A stretch of 30,976 bases of DNA from a virus. Taxonomy: Duplodnaviria > Heunggongvirae > Uroviricota > Caudoviricetes. The notes beneath the pieces are model-generated. The model did not search any database, was not told the DNA's origin, and saw only the letters and a list, made by a program, of their open reading frames with translations. The position numbers were made by a program, and so were the translations under genes. The stretch's first letter is position 1; each line of letters opens with the position of its first letter. Of this stretch, positions 1-7,795 are shown piece after piece. The stretch lies in the IMG/VR virus record IMGVR_UViG_3300030444_000240. One strand, given 5' to 3'.

Positions 1-3000
1 TTTCTCGGTGCCATGACGGAGGATGATGCCCGTCCTGAGGCACTGCGCCGTTTTGAACTGATGGTGGAAGAGGTGGCGCGTAACGCGTCCGCGGTGGCAC
101 AGAACACGGCAGCCGCGAAGAAGTCAGCCAGCGATGCCAGCACATCAGCCCGTGAGGCGGCAACCCATGCGACTGATGCTGCAGGCTCAGCACGCGCAGC
201 CAGCACGTCAGCCGGACAGGCTGCTTCGTCGGCTCAGTCAGCGTCTTCCAGCGCAGGAACGGCATCAACAAAGGCCACTGAAGCATTAAAAAGTGCTGCC
301 GCTGCAGAGTCCTCAAAAAGCGCGGCGGCTACCAGTGCCGGTGCGGCGAAAACGTCAGAAACGAATGCGGCAGCGTCACAACAATCAGCAGCCACTTCTG
401 CATCCACCGCGACCACGAAAGCGTCAGAAGCAGCCACTTCAGCACGGGATGCGTCGGCTTCAAAAGAGGCGGCAAAATCATCAGAAACGAACGCATCATC
501 AAGCGCCAGTAGTGCCGCTTCCTCGGCAACGGCGGCAGGAAATTCCGCGAAGGCGGCAAAAACGTCCGAGACGAACGCCAGGTCTTCTGAAACGGCAGCG
601 GGACAGAGCGCCTCGGCTGCGGCAGGCTCAAAAACAGCGGCTGCATCATCTGCCAGCGCCGCGTCAACAAGTGCCGGGCAGGCCTCAGCCAGTGCCACCG
701 CTGCCGGAAAGTCGGCAGAAAGTGCCGCATCGTCTGCTTCAACAGCCACAACGAAGGCTGGCGAAGCCACTGAGCAGGCCACGGCAGCAGCGAGGTCTGC
801 TTCCGCAGCGAAGACATCCGAAACGAACGCAAAAGCGTCGGAAACCCGTGCAGAATCCTCAAAAACGGCAGCGGCATCGTCCGCCAGTTCGGCGGCGTCA
901 TCGGCATCATCGGCGTCTGCTTCAAAAGATGAGGCGACCAGACAGGCGTCAGCAGCGAAGGGCAGCGCCACGACGGCATCCACGAAGGCGACAGAGGCTG
1001 CTGGCAGTGCGACGGCAGCAGCTCAGAGCAAAAGTACGGCGGAATCTGCAGCAACGCGCGCTGAGACAGCGGCAAAACGGGCAGAGGATATTGCATCCGC
1101 CGTGGCGCTTGAGGATGCGAGCACGACGAAAAAGGGGATAGTACAGCTCAGTAGTGCGACTAACAGCACTTCCGAGTCACTGGCGGCAACACCAAAAGCC
1201 GTTAAGGCCGCGTATGACCTGGCTAACGGGAAATACACCGCACAGGATGCAACGACAGCACAGAAAGGGATAGTTCAGCTAAGCAGTGCGACCAACAGTA
1301 CGTCTGAAACGCTGGCGGCAACGCCAAAGGCAGTAAAATCAGCCTATGACAATGCAGAGAAACGTCTGCAGAAAGACCAGAACGGCGCTGATATACCCGA
1401 TAAGGGACGCTTCCTGAACAACATTAACGCGGTCAGTAAAACAGACTTTGCTGATAAGCGTGGTATGCGTTATGTGCGGGTTAACGCTCCTGCAGGTGCA
1501 ACATCTGGAAAATATTACCCTGTTGTTGTTATGCGTTCTGCTGGCTCAGTAAGCGAACTGGCATCAAGGGTCATTATCACCACGGCAACGCGAACCGCAG
1601 GCGATCCGATGAATAACTGCGAGTTTAACGGATTTGTTATGCCTGGTGGCTGGACTGACAGGGGGCGTTATGCTTATGGAATGTTCTGGCAATATCAAAA
1701 CAATGAACGAGCCATCCACTCAATAATGATGAGTAATAAGGGCGATGATTTGCGCTCTGTGTTCTATGTTGATGGCGCAGCTTTCCCTGTTTTTGCGTTT
1801 ATCGAAGATGGCCTGTCAATATCCGCACCTGGTGCTGATCTCGTTGTTAATGATACGACCTATAAGTTTGGGGCAACAAATCCAGCGACTGAATGTATCG
1901 CGGCGGACGTTATCCTTGATTTTAAGAGTGGGCGTGGTTTTTATGAGTCTCATTCGTTAATCGTTAACGATAACTTGTCATGCAAAAAACTTTTTGCCAC
2001 AGACGAAATTGTAGCGCGTGGTGGTAATCAGATTCGAATGATAGGTGGGGAGTATGGTGCATTATGGCGTAATGATGGCGCTAAAACTTACCTGCTGCTT
2101 ACCAATCAAGGTGATGTTTATGGTGGCTGGAATACATTAAGACCGTTTGCTATTGATAACGCAACCGGCGAACTGGTTATTGGAACCAAACTGTCCGCAA
2201 GTCTGAACGGTAATGCATTAACAGCAACAAAGCTGCAAACGCCAAGACTGGTTTCTGGTGTTGAGTTTGATGGTTCCAAAGATATTACTTTAACCGCCGC
2301 GCATGTGGCTGCTTTTGCCAGAAGGGCAACGGATACATATGCCGATGCGGATGGTGGCGTTCCCTGGAATGCCGAATCAGGCGCTTACAATGTCACCCGC
2401 TCTGGCGACAGCTATATTCTGGTTAACTTCTATACCGGAGTCGGAAGTTGCCGGACCCTGCAGATGAAGGCGCATTACAGAAATGGTGGTCTGTTCTACC
2501 GTTCTTCAAGAGACGGTTATGGTTTTGAGGAAGGCTGGGCAGAAGTTTATACCTCGAAAAATCTTCCACCAGAAAGCTACCCAGTCGGCGCACCAATCCC
2601 GTGGCCATCAGATACCGTTCCGTCTGGTTATGCCCTGATGCAGGGGCAGACTTTTGACAAATCTGCCTACCCGAAACTTGCAGCCGCTTATCCGTCAGGC
2701 GTGATCCCTGATATGCGTGGCTGGACGATTAAGGGCAAACCCGCCAGTGGTCGTGCCGTATTGTCTCAGGAACAGGACGGCATTAAATCGCACACCCACA
2801 GCGCCAGCGCATCCAGTACGGATTTGGGTACGAAAACCACATCGTCGTTTGATTACGGCACTAAATCCACGAATAACACCGGGGCGCATACCCATAGTTT
2901 AAGTGGCAGCACGAATGCAGCTGGTAATCACAGCCATAGAGATGGCCGTCGATTTAACCCCAGTGTTTTTAAAGATACTTATCAATATGGTTATACAAGC

Positions 3001-3267
3001 TCAGGTCAAAATACCTGGGATGTACAAGGCTCAGTAGGTATGTCTACGGGGTGGTTAGCTAATACCAGTACAGATGGTAATCATAGCCACTCACTGTCCG
3101 GCACAGCAGCATCTGCAGGTGCACACGCGCATACTGTCGGTATTGGTGCTCATACGCACTCTGTTGCGATTGGCTCACATGGACACACCATCACCGTTAA
3201 CGCTGCTGGTAACGCGGAAAACACCGTCAAAAACATCGCATTTAACTACATTGTGAGGCTTGCATAA
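1..3267 (+). CDS. stf: Side tail fiber protein, lambda Stf-like (5' partial; frame open from window position 1)
   Basis: Translation begins [24 protein letters not shown], then a long Ala/Ser/Thr-rich segment with KTSETNA repeats, and ends with PIPWPSD...[10 protein letters not shown] and His-rich GAHTHS/GSHGHT repeats and [11 protein letters not shown], matching the lambda Stf architecture as recalled. The central part (about 1380-2550) is a different, non-repetitive domain, and there is a tandem repeat of a [28 protein letters not shown] unit at about 1129-1350. Confidence 0.9.
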
Positions 3268-3838
3268 TGGCATTCAGAATGAGTGAACAACCACGGACCA
3301 TAAAAATTTATAATCTGCTGGCCGGAACTAATGAATTTATTGGTGAAGGTGACGCATATATTCCACCTCATACAGGTCTGCCTGCAAACAGTACCGATAT
3401 TGCACNNNNNNNNNNNNNNNNNNNNNNNNNNNNNNNNNNNNNNNNNNNNNNNNNNNNNNNNNNNNNNNNNCATCTCGTTGAAGATCATCGGGGTAAAACG
3501 GTTTATGACGTGGCTTCCGGCGACGCGTTATTTATTTCTGAACTCGGACCGCTACCGGAAAATGTTACCTGGTTGTCGCCGGGAGGGGAATATCAGAAGT
3601 GGAACGGCACAGCCTGGGTGAAGGATACGGAAGCAGAAAAACTGTTCCGGATCCGGGAGGCAGAAGAAACAAAAAACAGCCTGATGCAGGTAGCCAGTGA
3701 GCATATTGCGCCACTTCAGGATGCTGTAGATCTGGAAATCGCAACGGAGGAAGAAATCTCGTTGCTGGAAGCATGGAAGAAGTATCGGGTGTTGCTGAAC
3801 CGTGTTGATACATCAACTGCACCTGATATTGAGTGGCC
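3141..3838. repeat. Direct repeat copy 1 (stf 3' end plus tfa), about 700 bp, nearly identical by eye to 27794-28482
   Basis: Aligned by eye: tattggtgctcatacgcact... through ...gatattga(g/a)tggcc, with scattered substitutions. Copy 1 contains the N gap. Confidence 0.8.
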
Positions 3839-3860
3839 GATAATTCCTGTAACATCATAG
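3267..3860 (+). CDS. tfa: Tail fiber assembly protein (Tfa), copy 1; interrupted by an N gap
   Basis: [46 protein letters not shown] ... matches lambda Tfa as recalled; the ATG overlaps the stf stop (TAATG). Residues across 3406-3470 are unknown. Confidence 0.85.
3406..3470. other. Assembly gap or masked bases (65 N)
   Basis: Run of n characters in the sequence. Confidence 1.
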
Positions 3861-3972
3861 TCATTATTTATTTGTTTTGCTGACATGTTGTATACGACAA
3901 CGTGTCAGCAGTTTGACTGGTATTATAACGAATATATTGTAATGTTTTCTGGTGTTATTAATTGTTGTTTTA

Positions 3973-4926
3973 TTACCATATATCTATGGGTTTTGTTTTC
4001 TGCTCATCTAAACAAAATGCACAGATGTAAGCCCCCTTACTTCGGTTGTACTGAACCGTTTCTAAAGCAGAGTCAAGATGTTTACTATCAAAGTTCCAGC
4101 TTTTTTCCATAACAGAAACACATTTTCTGCAATAGAAACTTTCTTTTGAGTTAGTATCTCCTGAATCATTTTTAGTGTAGCCAAAGAATTTTTTTGCTGA
4201 TTCCTTTGAACATGCGGAAATGGCTGCAGTGAACTCATAATGAGTTTGAAGCATAGCCCATACAATACCTGAAAATTCTTCATCCTCGTCTTCATCTAAT
4301 CCTATATTAATGCCGCCAGAGGAATGTATTGCTTTATATTTATACCTATGCCATATCCAGTGTGCTGATTCAGTATTTAGATAGTTGTGAGCACGTACAA
4401 CTGATGTGAAAATTAGCTCTGGCATTATATCTGTTTTTTTATCAACCGTATGCATAAAACGATTTCTTAGAATGCGCATACTATTAAACCAAGTAATAAA
4501 GTCATCAGGCAGTGATTTAGAGGCGAAAGTATTATATACTTTAATTAAATCTTGGGCGTCTAATGTGTGGAAGTCTGAAAATGAAATGTTACCTTCACTA
4601 TCAGGTTTAGGTGTATTGCGAGTTGCATTCGTGATAAGTAGATAAGGTGATATTTCGACGATAAGTCCTTTTAGTCTGAATTCAATAGATTGAAGTATCA
4701 AATTAAAAGATGTAATCAATTTTGGTCTAGCAAATAACCAATAATGCTCTAAATTTTTAATATCTGATTCTGTATAGAATTCAGACGTTTTACAATAACT
4801 ATTCCAAAGGTTTATATCTCTGTAATCATAAGCTAAATCGGCAATTTTTTCCCAAGCCTCATTTACCATGTGGTCAGCCATTGTATAAAAATCAGTCTTT
4901 GTTGGAATGTCAGTTATCATTATCAA
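3973..4926 (-). CDS. Hypothetical protein with HEPN-like Rx4H motif and C-terminal CxxC...CxxC zinc-ribbon-like motif (candidate Abi-type protein)
   Basis: 317-aa ORF in AT-rich DNA just downstream of tfa. Contains RNRFMH (R-x4-H) in the middle and CRKC...CAFC near the C-terminus. No confident family assignment. Confidence 0.5.
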   Translation of the reverse strand: MIMITDIPTKTDFYTMADHMVNEAWEKIADLAYDYRDINLWNSYCKTSEFYTESDIKNLEHYWLFARPKLITSFNLILQSIEFRLKGLIVEISPYLLITNATRNTPKPDSEGNISFSDFHTLDAQDLIKVYNTFASKSLPDDFITWFNSMRILRNRFMHTVDKKTDIMPELIFTSVVRAHNYLNTESAHWIWHRYKYKAIHSSGGINIGLDEDEDEEFSGIVWAMLQTHYEFTAAISACSKESAKKFFGYTKNDSGDTNSKESFYCRKCVSVMEKSWNFDSKHLDSALETVQYNRSKGAYICAFCLDEQKTKPIDIW

Positions 4927-5157
4927 TCTACCTTTGGGTCTTTATTGTTGTCTATCAAGATATAATATTCAGGCTGGAGTGGCTAATGTTGATCTACTTA
5001 TTTTCTCCCGGTAAGTCAGTTTATCGCGATATAAGCCGCATTTGATTTTGGCGACTATGGTCGTGTTAGGTATGTATCTGGCGTGTTACTGCGCCAGATT
5101 AAATATAAACCAATAATATTAAAGGGTGTTACTCTCTTGACAGATTTAGGGAACAAA

Positions 5158-5393
5158 TCACTCGTCAGCTGACTCCCAAGTATCTTTCAGAGTTTCCTGA
5201 ACAAAAGTTTTAGCTGAATCTTTATCGGCGGTGCGCCTAACAGAAAAACCATCGTTGCTGGTGGCTTTTACGATCATCTCCACATCGTCATAATGCTCGC
5301 CAATGTATTGGGTTAATTCTTCCTTTAATGCGTCTACAGCGCCGTTTGGCATTTGGTCATTTTGTCTTTGGCTATGGAGATCTCAATACGCAT
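5158..5393 (-). pseudogene. dinI: DinI-family protein gene, apparently frameshifted near its 5' end
   Basis: ORF 5158-5352 ends ...[12 protein letters not shown] (DinI-like C-terminus). An upstream ATG at 5393 in another frame encodes [11 protein letters not shown] (DinI-like N-terminus) before a stop. A LexA box lies immediately upstream. Confidence 0.5.
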
Positions 5394-5406
5394 AACATTT
5401 CTTTTG

Positions 5407-5426
5407 TACTGCGTTTGTAGACAGTA
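5407..5426 (-). promoter_or_regulatory. Putative LexA (SOS) box upstream of the dinI-like gene
   Basis: TACTGCGTTTGTAGACAGTA fits CTG-N10-CAG with palindromic TACTG/CAGTA ends, 13 nt upstream of the ATG at 5393. Confidence 0.5.
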
Positions 5427-5634
5427 TTATTCTTATCTGTGTAAATAAACAGTATCAAGACTTCGTTTTAGCTGCATAAGAAAAAAGAGATGGATACATT
5501 CGGAAAGATTTTGATGGTGGTAGGCTAAGTGAATAGCCTAAAGGTGTTTTACCCCAATTATTCCCCGGTATTTCTCCGCATAAAAAACAATCATAAAAAC
5601 AACAGCCATAATAGGCTGGTTCTTAAGGGATTTT

Positions 5635-5674
5635 TGGTCCACGAGAGAATTTGAACCTCCGACCCCCGACACCC
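5635..5674 (-). other. tRNA 3'-end-like fragment (tRNA-Pro-like T-arm and acceptor, ending CCA); possible att remnant
   Basis: Reverse complement reads GGGGTCGGAGGTTCAAATTCTCTCGTGGACCA, resembling a tRNA T-loop and acceptor 3' end. No D-arm or anticodon arm upstream, and the T-stem pairing is imperfect. Confidence 0.3.
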
Positions 5675-5696
5675 CATAATGGTGTAATTAATCAGG

Positions 5697-6065
5697 TTAA
5701 ATATTTAGCAGATCCTCTACAATATCATTAAACCCAGATGCCTGTTTAGATACAGAATTGAATAAGTCTCTAAGTGCTTGTGTTTGCTCAAAAGTTTCCC
5801 AAAGTGTTTTATAACTTGGCGTTACAATTGCTAATACTAAGCCTTCCGCCCATGACCATTCATGTTCATCAAAATAGTAGCGATATTTTCTGCTGTATAT
5901 AACAAAATCCTTTTCCTTATATTTAGCATGAAACACAACTTGAATTATATCCTGTGTACCATTAACAAGGTTTTCAGGCGCATCAATTGCCATCCAATTT
6001 ATCATTTTTTGGACAGTTAACTTATTTAATGAAACAATTAGCTTTGTGGTTTTATCGTTATGCAT
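5697..6065 (-). CDS. Hypothetical protein (122 aa), second gene of a two-gene operon
   Basis: ORF in AT-rich DNA; its ATG lies 2 nt after the stop of the upstream ORF (TAAttATG). No recognisable motifs. Confidence 0.5.
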   Translation of the reverse strand: MHNDKTTKLIVSLNKLTVQKMINWMAIDAPENLVNGTQDIIQVVFHAKYKEKDFVIYSRKYRYYFDEHEWSWAEGLVLAIVTPSYKTLWETFEQTQALRDLFNSVSKQASGFNDIVEDLLNI

Positions 6066-6067
6066 AA

Positions 6068-6529
6068 TTAGTCCAGTTGCATATCTTTCACAATTTCGTT
6101 AACTCTTGAGTTGAGTATACTCAACTTCTCATAGAGCTTCCAGGCTTGGTCTTGGTCATTGATATTAATGGAGATTTCTTTTCTTCGAAAGATTCCTTTG
6201 GGTTTGACTTCATCAAAAAATATATCAATCTTTGAGCGTTCCTTGGTTGGAAGCCTGCTGAAAAGGCTTTCAGTTAGCACTGCACACTCAGTAAACTCCT
6301 TACGTATAAATTCTTTCTGAGTAACCCAGTCTCCAATAGCATCATTTATCAATGAGGCTTTTTTTTGAAGATTGCTATGGATTTCAGGTATTCGAACCTT
6401 GTTTCTGAGAGTGGCCTTCAATGAACGCGTCGTAAAAAAAAGTTTTACAGTTACAACAAAACCGACAATACCCGCTAGGGAGGATATGTCAGTTACCGTC
6501 TGTGATAGGGGCCAAGTCAGGATATCCAT
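6068..6529 (-). CDS. Hypothetical protein (153 aa) with one predicted N-terminal transmembrane helix, first gene of a two-gene operon
   Basis: Hydrophobic stretch SSLAGIVGFVVTVKLFF near the N-terminus; tightly coupled to the downstream ORF. Confidence 0.5.
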   Translation of the reverse strand: MDILTWPLSQTVTDISSLAGIVGFVVTVKLFFTTRSLKATLRNKVRIPEIHSNLQKKASLINDAIGDWVTQKEFIRKEFTECAVLTESLFSRLPTKERSKIDIFFDEVKPKGIFRRKEISININDQDQAWKLYEKLSILNSRVNEIVKDMQLD

Positions 6530-6559
6530 GATGAAAAATCCAATGCTTAAGTTGATACG

Positions 6560-6585
6560 AAAAAACCCGCATATGCGGGTTTTTT
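6560..6585 (-). terminator. Intrinsic terminator-like hairpin (bidirectional)
   Basis: A-run, cccgc-atat-gcggg stem-loop, T6 run. Confidence 0.5.
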
Positions 6586-6711
6586 CGTCGCTCGGGAGCC
6601 GCGGCTCCTTTGCGTATCCTTTTTTGTCTCCTCACCGTCTGGTCGGTGTCCTGCTGAGACTGCTAACTTCCTGTTTTTGTTGGTGTTGTCCTTACACCGT
6701 CCAATCATGAT

Positions 6712-6744
6712 TGGTGGAGCTGGCGGGAGTTGAACCCGAGTCCG
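6712..6744 (-). other. tmRNA (ssrA) 3'-end-like fragment; probable attachment-site core remnant
   Basis: Reverse complement GGACTCGGGTTCAACTCCCGCCAGCTCCACCA closely matches the E. coli ssrA 3' end as recalled (one mismatch). No tmRNA body upstream. Confidence 0.5.
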
Positions 6745-6816
6745 TATTTTTATAATTAGCTGAAATAAAACGATTAATACTAACCATTTTATTCTGCGGA
6801 TCTTTTGCGGCTCCTT

Positions 6817-7716
6817 TTATGTCTGGATGTGGTCGTCAACACATCCTCTTTTAAATACAGGCGCTTTTACCTTAGTTGGATCATCTGTTTTAAAGATTTT
6901 CAATCGTTCACTGAAGAACATTACCTCAGATCCTTTGTACCGATCTTGAGCACTGTAGTTTATTCCATATACTAATGATGATGTCTTATACATAGCTTGG
7001 ATCTCAGGAGTGTTATCGTAAGAAACAATCCAAGGTGTTTTAATATTATTCTGTACGACTTTTGCAACCCTAACATGATCATCATGATTATAATGGTTGA
7101 TATATAAACCTTTACCTTTTATGTAATAAGGTGGATCCAAATATGTTAATGAGTTTTGTGGCAATTGAATAACTATTTTTTTAATGAAATCAATTGCATC
7201 CATGTTATATAAATCTATTCTGTGACGATTTTCTGATATTTTATGGATTCGAGAAATCAAATCACTCTTATTATAGCGAGCGTCAAGCTTCCATTTCCCT
7301 TCTTGATTTTTACCGCCAATTACTCCACCTTTTAATATTCCAGAACGATTTGTTCTATTGAGAAAAAAGGTTGAGAAACCAATTGTTAAAAGATCATGGT
7401 CTTTAGGATTATTAATTATATCTTTCTGCCTAAACCATTCATCCATTGTAACTTCAGTTCTTTCAATTAAAGAACATAATTGATCTGCATGATTTAATAC
7501 ACTGTGCCAAAAAGCATAAACAGAAATATTAATATCATTAAGGATGATTTTTTCAGCTGCATTTAGATGTAACAGTTTCAATGCTAAACCAGCACCCCCA
7601 GCATATGGTTCGGCATAATGTATAGGCGAAAGATTATTTTCTTCAATAAGCCGAAGCATGAAATTTGCAAGCTTGCCTTTACCGCCAGGATAGCGAAGTG
7701 GGGTGTTAAAACGCAT
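6817..7716 (-). CDS. DNA N6-adenine methyltransferase, Dam/D12 class
   Basis: N-terminal RYPGGK, EPYAGGAG (AdoMet-binding motif I-like) and DPPY catalytic motif; 299 aa. Confidence 0.8.
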   Translation of the reverse strand: MRFNTPLRYPGGKGKLANFMLRLIEENNLSPIHYAEPYAGGAGLALKLLHLNAAEKIILNDINISVYAFWHSVLNHADQLCSLIERTEVTMDEWFRQKDIINNPKDHDLLTIGFSTFFLNRTNRSGILKGGVIGGKNQEGKWKLDARYNKSDLISRIHKISENRHRIDLYNMDAIDFIKKIVIQLPQNSLTYLDPPYYIKGKGLYINHYNHDDHVRVAKVVQNNIKTPWIVSYDNTPEIQAMYKTSSLVYGINYSAQDRYKGSEVMFFSERLKIFKTDDPTKVKAPVFKRGCVDDHIQT

Positions 7717-7750
7717 ATGATACCTCTAAATGTCAGATCTAAAGTATATC

Positions 7751-7789
7751 AAAAAAAGGGCTTTGTGGCCATCACATAAAGCCCTTTTT
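7751..7789 (-). terminator. Intrinsic terminator between the OLD-like gene and the MTase gene
   Basis: gggcttt-loop-aaagccc hairpin flanked by an A7 run and a T5 run; on the minus strand the stem is followed by a T-run. Confidence 0.6.
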
Positions 7790-7795
7790 AATCAA

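Noticed and set aside
234-1141. Long overlapping ORFs on both strands (234-983 minus, 293-1141 plus, 329-1096 minus) inside the tail fiber gene
   Set aside because: They lie entirely within the Ala/Ser-rich repetitive part of stf, have extreme compositions (poly-Ala or Arg/Gln/Pro-rich) and are alternative-frame artefacts of GC-rich repetitive coding sequence.
3246-3621. ORFs spanning the N gap (3246-3488 minus, 3331-3621 plus) with runs of X
   Set aside because: They read through unknown bases and are antisense or out of frame relative to the recognisable tfa gene.
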